The position numbers were made by a program, and so were the translations under genes. Under the pieces are notes generated by a model. That model made no database searches and had not been told where the DNA came from. It saw only the letters and a list, made by a program, of their open reading frames with translations. A stretch of DNA of 64,000 nt from an uncultured Azospirillaceae bacterium (lineage in GTDB: Bacteria > Pseudomonadota > Alphaproteobacteria > RF32 > CAG-239): contig CAYPFN010000008.1 in NCBI GenBank assembly GCA_964410325.1, positions 6,570 through 70,569 on the forward strand. The letters are read 5' to 3'. Positions 16,157 through 27,500 of the stretch are shown in pieces; position 1 is the stretch's first letter, and each line of letters opens with the position of its first letter.

Positions 16157-16306
16157 CCTGAGCACCTTGTTGTGATATGTTGATTTTAAAGTATAATATT
16201 TGAATATCGTTAAAAATCAATTAGCAAAAAGTTTGTTTTTTTGATTGCAATAAATGACATTTTTGCTATATATTATTATCTGAAAGTGTAAAAACAGGTA
16301 TATCCT

Positions 16307-16951
16307 ATGGAAAAACAACTTCCTATAAATGTTATGAAAAAAGCTGCCAAAGGCATTGCTTATATTTCTCATCCGCTGAGACTGCGTATTCTGGAATATC
16401 TTGACGTAAACGGCGCGGCATCAGTTTCTGCTATAACCAAAGGCATTGACGGCGAGCAAGTTTTTGTTTCGCAAAGTTTGCGTAAATTGCGCGATGCTGG
16501 CCTTGTCAAAACCGAACGGCGGGGAATCTTTATTTATTACAACATTCAGGAAGAATATCCAGCTAGTATTTTTTTCTGCATTCGCAAACTGTTCGGATAT
16601 ATGAGTAACGATTTCCGCTATTTGGCTGATAATTATAAAGCTATGCTGCCCAAAGATTATACAGGCATGGTGGCCAATCAAATAAAATTGTTTGCCAATT
16701 ACGATAAAATGCGGATTTTGGAATTTCTTATCTTAAACGGCGAAAGCAACGTATCTGAAATTATCAAGGGCATAAATTGCGAACAGTTGAAAGTTTCACA
16801 GTATTTGAAACGTCTGCGTGACGATGGTTTTGTAACTTGTCGACGGGACGGACGTTTTATATTTTATGACATCACAAAAGGAGTGCATAAAACTGCCATT
16901 GAATGTATTCATAAGCGTTATAACAGTCTGACGGATAAATCCGAATTTTAA
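16307..16951 (+). CDS. Transcriptional regulator with two tandem ArsR/SmtB winged HTH domains
   Basis: Repeat 1 HPLRLRILEYL...VSQSLRKLRDAGLVKTERRGIFIYY; repeat 2 DKMRILEFL...VSQYLKRLRDDGFVTCRRDGRFIFY. Confidence 0.85.
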   Translation: MEKQLPINVMKKAAKGIAYISHPLRLRILEYLDVNGAASVSAITKGIDGEQVFVSQSLRKLRDAGLVKTERRGIFIYYNIQEEYPASIFFCIRKLFGYMSNDFRYLADNYKAMLPKDYTGMVANQIKLFANYDKMRILEFLILNGESNVSEIIKGINCEQLKVSQYLKRLRDDGFVTCRRDGRFIFYDITKGVHKTAIECIHKRYNSLTDKSEF

Positions 16952-16967
16952 GTGCTTTGCCGTTAGC

Positions 16968-17804
16968 TTAGTCTGTTTGGGAAAAATTTCCGGCTGGATA
17001 ACTGCCCAAAATATGGATATTTTCACACATACCTTGCAAACTAATCACTGCCTGTCGAAAAGCCTCCTGATTTTGATGCGCCTCTATCTCAGTATAAAAT
17101 TGCGCACTAACAAAACCGCCGTCGACCAGATAACTCTCAATTTTTGTCAGATTAAGACCTTCGCGGGCAAAACATCCCAATGCCCAAAACAAAGCCGAAG
17201 GAATATTTTTTACTCTAAAAACCATGGCGGTCTTAAATTTTTCACCGCTTTGTGGCGTGCGCAGTAGTGGTTCGCGGCTCATCACCAAAAACCGTGTTGT
17301 ATTATGGCGCGAATCTTCAATATCTGCCGCCAATTTTTTCAAACCGTAAATCCGCCCTGCCACTTCCGAGGCAATGGCCGCTGCCGTAAGATCTTTTATT
17401 TCGGCAATATGTTTGCAGGATAGCGCCGTATCGGGCGTTGAAAACGGCTTAATGCCATGATTGCTTAAAAATCCTGCACACTGTGCCAAAGCTTGCGGAT
17501 GCGAATAAGCTTCCGTAATATTTTCCAATTTGGACGCCGGTAAACCCCACAGCTGATGCCGGACTCTTAAATAATATTCGCCAATGATATATAAGCCAGT
17601 TCCTGGTAGCAAAAAATGGATATCCGCTACCCGTCCAGCTTTTGAATTTTCAATTGGGACCACGGCACGATCTACCGCTTGGTTGGCTGCCAATTCCAAA
17701 ACCTTGGCAAATGTTTCACAACCGATACATTCCGCCTGCGGATAAATATTTTGTGCCGCCATATGCGAATAGGCACCCAACACACCCTGAAAAGCTACTT
17801 TCAT
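16968..17804 (-). CDS. pheA: Prephenate dehydratase
   Basis: AFQGVLGAYS, VPIENS, SHPQALAQC, NTTRF, LTKIES; C-terminal ACT domain. Confidence 0.95.
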   Translation of the reverse strand: MKVAFQGVLGAYSHMAAQNIYPQAECIGCETFAKVLELAANQAVDRAVVPIENSKAGRVADIHFLLPGTGLYIIGEYYLRVRHQLWGLPASKLENITEAYSHPQALAQCAGFLSNHGIKPFSTPDTALSCKHIAEIKDLTAAAIASEVAGRIYGLKKLAADIEDSRHNTTRFLVMSREPLLRTPQSGEKFKTAMVFRVKNIPSALFWALGCFAREGLNLTKIESYLVDGGFVSAQFYTEIEAHQNQEAFRQAVISLQGMCENIHILGSYPAGNFSQTD

Positions 17805-17819
17805 TTTTAAAAATCCTTC

Positions 17820-20570
17820 TTAATGGGCTTCGGTCCAATCATCTCCTATACCGACCTCGGCAATAAACGGAATATCAAAATTAACAACGCTTTCCATTGC
17901 TTCTTTAATCAACGCCTTAACTTGCTCAACTTCATCAATCGGCGCCTCAAACACCAATTCATCATGTACCTGTAGCAACATTTTAGTTTTAAAACCGCCG
18001 TCCTGTAGCAGATAGTAAACTTTTTGCATGGCCAGTTTAATGATATCCGCCGCACCGCCTTGTATCGGCGCATTAATTGCTGCCCGTTCAGCAAAAGAAA
18101 CTATGCGTTTGTTCTTGTCGTTAATGCCCAAAACCGAACACTTTCGTCCGTAAGGCGTCAAAACATAACCGTTTTTATGGGCAAAAGCAATGGTTTTTTC
18201 CATATATTCCTTAATCTCCGGCATTGTGGAAAAATAAGAATCAATATAACGCTTAGCCACATCCGGCGTTGTATCAATTTGGCGCGCTAAACCATATTGC
18301 GAAATTCCATACACAATCCCGAAGTTAATCGCTTTGGCGTGGCGGCGTAAATCAGCATTCACGGCTTCCAAAGGCACGCCAAACACGCGCGATGCGGTTA
18401 AAGCATGAACATCAATCCCGTGCCGAAAAGCTTCTTTTAACGCTTTAACGTCAGCCACCGCCGCCAACAAACGCAGTTCCACCTGGCTGTAATCCGCTGA
18501 AATCAGTTTATATCCCGGCTTGGCTATAAAACAGCGGCGAATAAGCCGACCTTCATCGGTACGCACTGGTATATTCTGTAAATTTGGATTGGAAGATGCC
18601 AACCGGCCGGTATTGACCACTGTTTGGCTAAAAGTGGTGTGCACTCGGTTATTTTTATCCATTAAAGTCAGTAACGCGTTAGTATAAGTGGATTTTAGTT
18701 TTGCAAAACCACGCCACTCCAAAATTTTAGCCGGCAATTCGTGCTCTTCAGCCAATTGTTCTAAAACATCGGCATCTGTTCGAAAACTGCCCGAGGAATT
18801 TTTTTTGCCTTTCAATCCTTTCTTTACATACAAAATTTCGCCAATTTGTTTAGGAGATCCTAAATTAAACTCTTCACCGGCCAACATATAAATTTCTTGC
18901 TCCAAAGCTTTTAAACGTCGCTCAAACTCCGCATCAAGCCGCATTAAAGCCTGCGTATCCAACATAATGCCACCATCTTCCATGGTTTTCAAAATGGCTA
19001 TCAACGGCCGATCAAAATCTTCATAAACGGTAGCTTTTTTCTCGGCTACCAATCGCGGCTTCAGAACATCATAAAGCCTTAAAGTAATATCTGCGTCTTC
19101 AGCGGCATAATCTAAAGCCTTATCCAGCGGAACCTGATCAAAAGTAACTTTATTGCGCCCGCTGCCGCAAACTTCTTCATATTTAATTGTCTGATAATCC
19201 AAAAACAAATCTGCCAGCTCATCCAAACTGTGACCATGTTCCGAGCTGTCCAACACATAAGAAAGCACCGCTGTATCCTCAATCGGAAAAATTTCCGTTT
19301 TCATGCCGACAAGCTGTGCTAAAAAATGCATATCAAACTTAATATTATGCCCTATTTTCAAAACAGATTTCATTTTTAAAATTTCGGTTAAATATTTGCA
19401 CACCACATCTTGAGAAATTTGTTTAACCTCCGAAACCACTGTTTCGGCAAACAGATCCTGCCCCAAAGAAGCTGATTTATGAGCCAAAGGCACATAACAG
19501 GCTACTCCTGGCGCTACTGCCAATGAAAAACCAACAATTTTATCATGGAAAGGATCAAAACCGGTTGTTTCCGTATCCAAGGCAACCCGTCCGGTGGCTT
19601 TGGCCATATCGCACCAACGATGCAGGCTTTCCTCATCCTGAACCAGTTCATATTTTTTAACGATTTCTTTAGGTTTAGAAACGATTGAACCACCGCAGCG
19701 CTCAGTTTGCTCCGCCACCCATTTCTCAATCCGTACCCGCACGCTTTTAAGCTCATATTTTTCCACAAATGCCAACACCGCATCCAAATCCGGCGCTTTA
19801 CAGGCATAGTCACTTATTGGATGTAAAACTTCAACATCGTCTTTTAATTTAACGAGTTCGCGCGATATTTTTGCATTTTCAATGTTTGCAAGCACCGTTT
19901 CGCGCCGTTTGTTTTGTTTAATTTCCGTCGCCTGCGCCAATACCGCATCCAGCGATCCAAATTGATTGATAAGTTCTGCCGCCGTTTTCAGGCCGATTCC
20001 CGGCACTCCCGGCACATTATCGGTTGCATCGCCGGCCAAAGCCTGCACATCAACCACTTTGTTCGGGTAAACTCCAAATTTCTCTTTAACATCTTCAGGA
20101 CTGAAAAATTTATCTTTCATACTGTCATAAAATTCCACCCCTGGACGAATAAGCTGCATCAAATCCTTATCGGCGGAAACTACCACCACTTCATCGCCTT
20201 CTTCCAAAGCTTTACGGGCATAAGTCGCAATCAGGTCATCAGCTTCAAAACCTTCCATTTCCAAGTAATTAAGATTTAAAACCTCAACTGCCTGACGAAT
20301 AATCGGAAACTGCGGAATCAGCTCTTCGGGAATTTCTTTGCGCGTTCCCTTATAATCAGCAAAAATTTCATTGCGGTAATTTTGCCGTTTGGCATCAAAC
20401 AATACCAGACAATAATCGCATCTGATTTTTGCGGTTAAACGCATGAACATATTTAAAAAACCTAAAACCGCGTTCACCGGTGTGCCATCCTGCGTATTCA
20501 TAGGTGGCAACGCATAATATGCCCTGAAAATATATCCAGAACCGTCAATCAGACAAACTTTTTTTGCCAT
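17820..20570 (-). CDS. polA: DNA polymerase I
   Basis: LIDGSGYIFRAYY, EADD, DTETT, SADYSQVELR, KAINFGIVYG, QVHDELVFE. Confidence 0.98.
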   Translation of the reverse strand: MAKKVCLIDGSGYIFRAYYALPPMNTQDGTPVNAVLGFLNMFMRLTAKIRCDYCLVLFDAKRQNYRNEIFADYKGTRKEIPEELIPQFPIIRQAVEVLNLNYLEMEGFEADDLIATYARKALEEGDEVVVVSADKDLMQLIRPGVEFYDSMKDKFFSPEDVKEKFGVYPNKVVDVQALAGDATDNVPGVPGIGLKTAAELINQFGSLDAVLAQATEIKQNKRRETVLANIENAKISRELVKLKDDVEVLHPISDYACKAPDLDAVLAFVEKYELKSVRVRIEKWVAEQTERCGGSIVSKPKEIVKKYELVQDEESLHRWCDMAKATGRVALDTETTGFDPFHDKIVGFSLAVAPGVACYVPLAHKSASLGQDLFAETVVSEVKQISQDVVCKYLTEILKMKSVLKIGHNIKFDMHFLAQLVGMKTEIFPIEDTAVLSYVLDSSEHGHSLDELADLFLDYQTIKYEEVCGSGRNKVTFDQVPLDKALDYAAEDADITLRLYDVLKPRLVAEKKATVYEDFDRPLIAILKTMEDGGIMLDTQALMRLDAEFERRLKALEQEIYMLAGEEFNLGSPKQIGEILYVKKGLKGKKNSSGSFRTDADVLEQLAEEHELPAKILEWRGFAKLKSTYTNALLTLMDKNNRVHTTFSQTVVNTGRLASSNPNLQNIPVRTDEGRLIRRCFIAKPGYKLISADYSQVELRLLAAVADVKALKEAFRHGIDVHALTASRVFGVPLEAVNADLRRHAKAINFGIVYGISQYGLARQIDTTPDVAKRYIDSYFSTMPEIKEYMEKTIAFAHKNGYVLTPYGRKCSVLGINDKNKRIVSFAERAAINAPIQGGAADIIKLAMQKVYYLLQDGGFKTKMLLQVHDELVFEAPIDEVEQVKALIKEAMESVVNFDIPFIAEVGIGDDWTEAH

Positions 20571-20727
20571 GAGCTTTCCTTTTTTTTCGAAAATTGCTAT
20601 TTTCCTCATATATAGACTATATTTTCCGTGGCGCCAAGCAAATAAAAAATTTTATGCCGTATAAAATTTTTTAACGTATTTTTTTATAAATTAAATAATA
20701 AAAAACTTCGGGCAAAAGGATATTACG

Positions 20728-22545
20728 ATGGCTAAAAAAACCGCACAAACAAAAAAACGTACAAAAAAAATACGGCGCTCTTCCCGCAAAAGGAACCCAA
20801 ACCGCCGTTTTCCGTTAAAATTTTTATTTATCTGCGCTGTTGGCGTTATCACTGTCGTGGCCATCTATGTCGGCTACTGCTATGCAACGCTTCCGGATGT
20901 TGAAACTGCCGTATCCCATACCCGCCGGCCATCTACGACTATCATTGCCGAAAACGGCAATGAAATTACCACTTATGGTAATAGCTTCGCCGAAGTCATT
21001 TATTTGGAAGATTTGCCTTATTATGTTCCGGCTGCTGTTGTCGATGTCGAAGACCGGCGTTTTTATTCTCATTTTGGTTTTGATGTTATCGGTTTTTCCC
21101 GAGCCATGCTTGTTAACTTAATCAAACAGCGCTATGCCCAAGGCGCCAGCACCATAACCCAGCAAGTAGCCAAAAACCTCTTTTTAACCTCGGAAAAGAA
21201 TATCAAACGCAAAATTCAGGAACTGCTTTTGGCTTTTTGGCTTGAGCATAAATTCAGCAAAGAACAGATTTTAACGCTGTATCTGAATCGCGTTTATTTA
21301 GGTGCTGGCACTTACGGCATAGAAGCTGCCGCCAACAAATATTTCGGCAAAAGCTCACGTGATTTAACCCTAAAAGAAGCCGCCGTCATTGCCGGTATGC
21401 TCAAGGCTCCCTCTCGTTATAATCCGGCAACCAGTCCAGATAAAGCGCAAACACGTTCTGAAGTTGTTTTGAGCCTGATGTTTGAACACGGTACAATTAC
21501 CAAAACAGAAATGGAAAAAGCCGTTGCCGAACCGTTGGCAAATGCCACAAAATATAAGGTAGAGGGCGCACGCCATTTTGCCGATATGGTTTATAATGAA
21601 GTCAACGCTTATATCGGCGAACGTAATCATGACATATATGTCAGCACCACCCTTGATCAGGATCTGCAACAAAAAACCGAACAAATCCTGCAAAAAATGC
21701 TTTCCCAATATCAAGACCGCCATGTAACCGAAGGCGCTGTCGTTGTTTTGGATCGCCACGGCGCTATCAGAGCCCTGGTTGGCGGAAAAAATTATGAAGA
21801 AAGCCAGTTTAACCGCGCCACTCAGGCTTTGCGCCAACCAGGTTCGGCATTCAAACCTTTTGTGTATATCACTGCGCTTCAACAAGGTTGGAGACCGGAT
21901 GATCTGATTGATGACATTCCGGTTAAAATCGGCAAATGGCAACCGGAAAATGCTGACAAACAAACTCATGGACGGGTTACCTTGAGTGAAGCATTGGCGC
22001 ATTCATATAATTTGGCAACCATTAATTTAGCGGAACACTTAAATCGGCTGGATATTATCCGCAATGCCTATAAAATGGGCATTACGACCAATATTCCCGA
22101 CACACCATCTTTAACGTTGGGTACGGCGGCTGTTAAAGTTTTAGATATCGCAGCTGCTTATTCAACCATAGCCAACGGCGGTTATGCTATCTGGCCGTAC
22201 TCTATTTCCGAAATTTATTCTAAAGATGGATTTCAGTTGTATCAACGGGATATGAGTGAACCGACACGAATTTTAGATAAAGATGTTGTTCGTCAAATAA
22301 CCTCAATGTTAGAAGAAGTTATCGCTAACGGTACTGGCCGACGGGCGGCGCTGCCATTTTTTACCGCCGGAAAAACCGGCACTTCGCAAAATTTTCGTGA
22401 CGCCTGGTTTGTCGGTTGGACCGATCAATATGTTGCGGCAGTTTGGGTCGGCAATGACGATAATTCACCAATGGAAAAAATCGGCGGCGGTACACTTCCG
22501 GCATTAATCTGGAAAGAAATCATGCTCGCTGCCCATGAGCTTTAA
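20728..22545 (+). CDS. Class A penicillin-binding protein (PBP1A family)
   Basis: EDRRFYSHFG, GASTITQQVAKNL, RKIQE; RQPGSAFKPF, SYN, GKTGT. Confidence 0.93.
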   Translation: MAKKTAQTKKRTKKIRRSSRKRNPNRRFPLKFLFICAVGVITVVAIYVGYCYATLPDVETAVSHTRRPSTTIIAENGNEITTYGNSFAEVIYLEDLPYYVPAAVVDVEDRRFYSHFGFDVIGFSRAMLVNLIKQRYAQGASTITQQVAKNLFLTSEKNIKRKIQELLLAFWLEHKFSKEQILTLYLNRVYLGAGTYGIEAAANKYFGKSSRDLTLKEAAVIAGMLKAPSRYNPATSPDKAQTRSEVVLSLMFEHGTITKTEMEKAVAEPLANATKYKVEGARHFADMVYNEVNAYIGERNHDIYVSTTLDQDLQQKTEQILQKMLSQYQDRHVTEGAVVVLDRHGAIRALVGGKNYEESQFNRATQALRQPGSAFKPFVYITALQQGWRPDDLIDDIPVKIGKWQPENADKQTHGRVTLSEALAHSYNLATINLAEHLNRLDIIRNAYKMGITTNIPDTPSLTLGTAAVKVLDIAAAYSTIANGGYAIWPYSISEIYSKDGFQLYQRDMSEPTRILDKDVVRQITSMLEEVIANGTGRRAALPFFTAGKTGTSQNFRDAWFVGWTDQYVAAVWVGNDDNSPMEKIGGGTLPALIWKEIMLAAHEL

Positions 22546-22679
22546 TAAAGGATTATCGCTCAGGCTTATTTACATAAGAAATTTTTGCGATAATTTCTGA
22601 CATTGAAAAAGAGTTTATCAATTGCTTAAACTGTATTTCATGAGGCATGATTTTGCTCTGATTTAATCTATCTTTTAAT

Positions 22680-23516
22680 TTATTTTGCACAAATTTTTCT
22701 CTTTAATTTATTAAATAGCAATCTTATTAAATTTTTAACTATAAAATTTTTGTGGTCTTTTTTCCAATTTTTTTCATTGCCAACTACTGAAACTTGAGCT
22801 TTTGCGCCACCTATCCACCAAGCAACTTCAGCAAATGTACTACCATAAGAATAAATTCCATTTTGACAGCGAGATAACAAAAAGATATCAGCTACAGCAT
22901 CTATCATCAACGAATAATTTTTATTTGGGAGTTCAATGATTCTATCGGGAAATTGTGATTTAAAATAATCACTTACCTTAGAAGACATTGCACTCAGAAA
23001 GAACATTGTATTTTGAGGAAATTTTTGCATTTGTTTTACAAAATCTTCTAAATTTTCATTTCTTCCAGCTTTTTCCCAATCAAGATTATTTCTAACCTGA
23101 AGAGCAACCGTTCCTCGAGGAAGATCAATATCCTTTATTCTTTTTTTGACTTGTGCAGATGGTTTTAACTTATTAAAAAAATCCAGATATAATTTGCGAT
23201 TTTCTTCCGAAATATCATTGTATTTCAAATCAATATCTTCTTTAGCATACAATTTCCAATGATATCCTTGTTTGTACAAACATTCCGATTTGAAAAGTTT
23301 TTTATATTTTTTTACATCTTTCTCAGAGCAAAGCTCAATCATTTCTGCTTTGCTTTCAAATTGAAAGAGTTCAGAAAATGATGCTGTAACCCACCCTTTC
23401 TTTTTCCAAACAAGAGTAAATTTTTGCGGTTTATAATACTCATACAAAGACGCAAAATATTTAAGTCGGTTACCAATTCCTCCTTGGCATAGATAAAAGA
23501 TATTATTTTTGTACAT
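22680..23516 (-). CDS. Fucosyltransferase-like GT-B glycosyltransferase
   Basis: GGIGNRL, ALQVR..D, DIFLLSRCQ..I.SYGSTFAEVAWW resemble fucosyltransferase motifs I-III. Confidence 0.6.
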   Translation of the reverse strand: MYKNNIFYLCQGGIGNRLKYFASLYEYYKPQKFTLVWKKKGWVTASFSELFQFESKAEMIELCSEKDVKKYKKLFKSECLYKQGYHWKLYAKEDIDLKYNDISEENRKLYLDFFNKLKPSAQVKKRIKDIDLPRGTVALQVRNNLDWEKAGRNENLEDFVKQMQKFPQNTMFFLSAMSSKVSDYFKSQFPDRIIELPNKNYSLMIDAVADIFLLSRCQNGIYSYGSTFAEVAWWIGGAKAQVSVVGNEKNWKKDHKNFIVKNLIRLLFNKLKRKICAK

Positions 23517-24552
23517 TTTTATTTAACCTATTGATTTTATTGTTATATTGATATGCATAAAAAATAAATGATGCACATAATTGAATAAAATAGCCTATAG
23601 AAGAGATACACTCTCTCATTGTAAACTTCGTAAAGAACTTTGATAGATGTTTTTTAAATCGTCTATATTTAGGATTGAATAATTGCAAATCGGACCATGT
23701 TTTGGGAATAACAAAGCTTTTGTCACAATATTTTTGATAATTGATATGCCAGTTAAGAGGATGCGCTGTTTCGCTATTACCAAATTGTTTATTATATTTT
23801 TGACAAACGATATCAAATTGTTTTTTATATTCTAAAAGCCATGTATTATTAACCAAAGATAACTCTGATAATTCAGCCAATTCGGATGAATATGACATAT
23901 AATTCTCAAATTGAAAATTAATGCCGTTTTTTTTCAAAAAAGACATCCAAATGTATTGCTCGGTATGCCATCTAGTATAACAACCTTCAATATGAGGCAA
24001 ATCAGGATTATTTTTAAAATATTCGCTGGTTTGCGGTTCCGGAGCCAAAGGGATATCCCAAATATTAAGCAAATCTTCTTTCAAGCCAAACATCATCCAA
24101 TCACCAGGATGAAACAAATGAGGTTTGTTTTTTAACAGTGGTTCTCGAGTATACAAACTATTAATCAACACCCGTTCTTGCAAAATTTTGCATTGACTGT
24201 TTCTTTTTTGATATTTTGCAAAATAAGATAAAAATTTTGTTCCCTTAATCAACATATCTGAACGCAATTTCAATACATATTTTTTTGATGCTTTTTTTAT
24301 TCCATTCTGCGTTGAAACAATTTGACGATTTTGATTTTGAAATTTTCCATCAAAAGTAAAAATAAAAGCTCCAGGATCTTTATTTAAGATCAGTACATCA
24401 TAATCCAAATTTAGGATAGATTTATTTTTCCATGTAGAAAGGATGATTTCCGCCTCCGGCAAATGCTTTCGGATACTTTTAAGGCATTTGCTGGTATATT
24501 TAGGCTCTATTTTTCCTTGCACAATAACAGATATGTCTTTTGCTGAGATCAT
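23503..24552 (-). CDS. WavE lipopolysaccharide synthesis family protein
   Basis: ISVIVQG, EIILSTW, DPG, NRQIVST.NG, KLRSD, FHPGDW..FG. Confidence 0.85.
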   Translation of the reverse strand: MISAKDISVIVQGKIEPKYTSKCLKSIRKHLPEAEIILSTWKNKSILNLDYDVLILNKDPGAFIFTFDGKFQNQNRQIVSTQNGIKKASKKYVLKLRSDMLIKGTKFLSYFAKYQKRNSQCKILQERVLINSLYTREPLLKNKPHLFHPGDWMMFGLKEDLLNIWDIPLAPEPQTSEYFKNNPDLPHIEGCYTRWHTEQYIWMSFLKKNGINFQFENYMSYSSELAELSELSLVNNTWLLEYKKQFDIVCQKYNKQFGNSETAHPLNWHINYQKYCDKSFVIPKTWSDLQLFNPKYRRFKKHLSKFFTKFTMRECISSIGYFIQLCASFIFYAYQYNNKINRLNKNVQK

Positions 24553-24553
24553 G

Positions 24554-27500
24554 TTATCCTAATATGATAATTTTAATAGATCTTAACACATGGACAAGCA
24601 ATTTTACTAAATAGAAAAGTATTGAAAATGGTTCTAAAAGCCAATTTACAAATTTTTTGACAGGTGTCCAAAAACGTTGGGCATGTTTTTCCAATTTTTG
24701 TACTGCTTTTGAAGAAAACACCATAATTTTCAATCTGTTTTTTAATGTATTATTAATGCCAAAACAATGGTTTTGAGAGGCTGCTAAAATACAAGGTTGA
24801 ACAATATTTAAAAACTTTTTTTGAAATTTATAGTTTTTTATATCTGTTTTATCACACCTTATTATGTTAATTTCTTCTTCCTTAAATAAACGAGCAAAAT
24901 TTTTCCATCTTTTTTTATTTAATAATAACATGGCATGTTCTAACATGCCACTCTTTCCTTTAAAATTATCATAAAAATCTTGTATGTATACATCTTTTTC
25001 TTGTTTTGACAAATATTTTGACAATAAATCTTCCAGTGATTTAATTTGATATTTATACTTATCATTATTTTTAAAAATATAACTTAGATATAGGACAATT
25101 TCAAAAATTCCATATCTGATATCTTTGGGAAGAGTAATGCTTTTTGATGTTTTTTGAGAATTTAGATTCCATATTTTTTTAGCCATCTCTATAAAACTTC
25201 CATGCTTTTTCACCATATCTTTAAGTATTGCTGTTTTATAAAACCAAACAAAATGCTCTAGAGGCCATTTATCTACATGGGAGTCAATTAAGTTATCAAT
25301 ATTTTCACAAAAGGTCATAAAATCCTTAGATCTTTTAGTATTATCAATTGAAGATACAATTAAATATGGTTTTTTGAAAAAACTTTGTTTTAATTGTTCC
25401 ATATTTGTCTTTTTAACAAATAAACTTTCGCTGTCTAAAACAAGGTAATCTTCTCTATCAAGAAACAACATGGCATACATTTTCTTCAATGTTTGAAAAG
25501 TAAAACGACCATATCGTTCTAACAATTGCTCCGGAGTTTCTAGTATTTTATTGCTTTTTAATATATCGTCAAAAAATATAGTTTTTATCCGTAATTTTGT
25601 TTTATATTTTTTTGTAATTTTGGAAAAATATTTATCTTCATCTTTATTAATAACAAAAACTATTTCTGTTGAATCTTTATCCAATAAAAATTTATCTGTA
25701 CTTTGTAAAAATTTTTTTACAAACTTAAAATGATTTTTATAAGTAGGCATTATGATTGTATTTTTTATAATATTTGGTTTTGCTTGTCTTTTATTCTTTG
25801 CTAATAAAGACCTAATTTTCTTAATTTCTAAGCATAATTTTATATACAAAATATCTTTATCAAAAAAACTGTTAAAAGTATTTGTAGCACAATATTTATT
25901 GTATAGTGCTTTCCATTTATATGGAGTATAACAAGACAAAAATCTTTTAGGATTTTGATAGATTGAAAATTTATCTGTTTGAAAATCAACACCAAATGTT
26001 CGGTAATTAACCAAAATAAAGTTAGATGCAAACAAATGCTCTGTAAGTGAAATATTTTCTTGAGAATTATCATCATAGGTAGACAAATTAATTTTTATGC
26101 CTTTTTTTTCTAAAAATTTTATAAAAATATACTGTTCTGGAATGTATTTTCCATATATACCTTTAAAACTCACCTTTACATCTTGCTCTTTCAACAGAGG
26201 AATATCCCAATAATCCATCATATCTGAGGTCAAGCCAAACAAAACCATATCGGAAGGATGAAAAGGATAATTTATTTTCATATATTTATTAGCATATATT
26301 CCCTTTTTATAAACATTTGGATCTCTGGTAAAGTATGATGGAATAAGCAATCTATGCTGAAGCAAATGATATCCTTCTTCATATTTTGTACATTGATTCA
26401 AAAGATTTAAAAAGCTATTATCTTTAAGAACAGCATTACTTCTTATTTTCAAGCAATATTTTCTGGTAGCTTGTTTTATTCCATTTAGTGTAGATACAAT
26501 TTGGCGATTTACATTATTATTTATACCATCGAGTGTCAGAGGAAAATTTCCTGGATCTTTATTTAAAACCAATTTATCATAATTTAAATTTTTTACATCA
26601 CTTCCTTCCCATGTAGAAAGTATAATCTCCGAAAATGGAAGTTGTTTCCGTATACTTTTGATGCATTTATCAATAATCCCCTTTTCTGCCAACCCTTGAA
26701 CCACAACAGATACATCTCTACTTTTAATTTTTGTTTTTGATTCTTTAATTTTATACTTTTTCTCTATATCTTTCTGATATTTTTTTAGGTAATTTTCTAA
26801 ATTTTCTGAATAACCAATATATTGGGTGTACCAATTATAATAATCCTCAAAAGTATATGCCCAGCGTTGGTAAAATCCTTTTAACCAATCAAAGGGAGAA
26901 GTTATATCGGCAACTCTATAATCTATGCAATATAGATTATTTATAAAAATTTTATGACTATCTTCAATAATTTCCTCGTCTATATCATTATATAAACTGT
27001 TTTTTTTGTATTTAATTTTACTTTTTTCTATATTTCTAAGCCAGATTTGTTGCTCACACGCATATTTATAAGCTCTTGGATATTCCGTTTGTTTTATTCC
27101 ATGAATTACACAATACTGACTATCTTCTTTAGTTATCAAGGGAATTTTCCACAACTCTACTAAATCTTCCGTATATCCTATTTGCACATAGTCAACGATA
27201 TGATATGCTAAATTTGTTTTTTGGGCAGACGCAGGACAAAACATAAAAATTCTGTGATTAAACATCTTATAGTTTAAATCGACATCTAAATTAAGATCTT
27301 CAAATTCACAATAAATCTTCCAAATTTTATCTGATTTCAATATAAAATCTGGTCTAAATTTTACGGCATACTTTGTTCTGACATGAAGCAATCCATTGTA
27401 TGAAGATACTATTTGACGATTTAGGTTGTTTTTGTGCGATAAACCTTTCGTATTTGGATAGAATACATCCCCTAAATCTCCTGGATCAATATTGAATACA

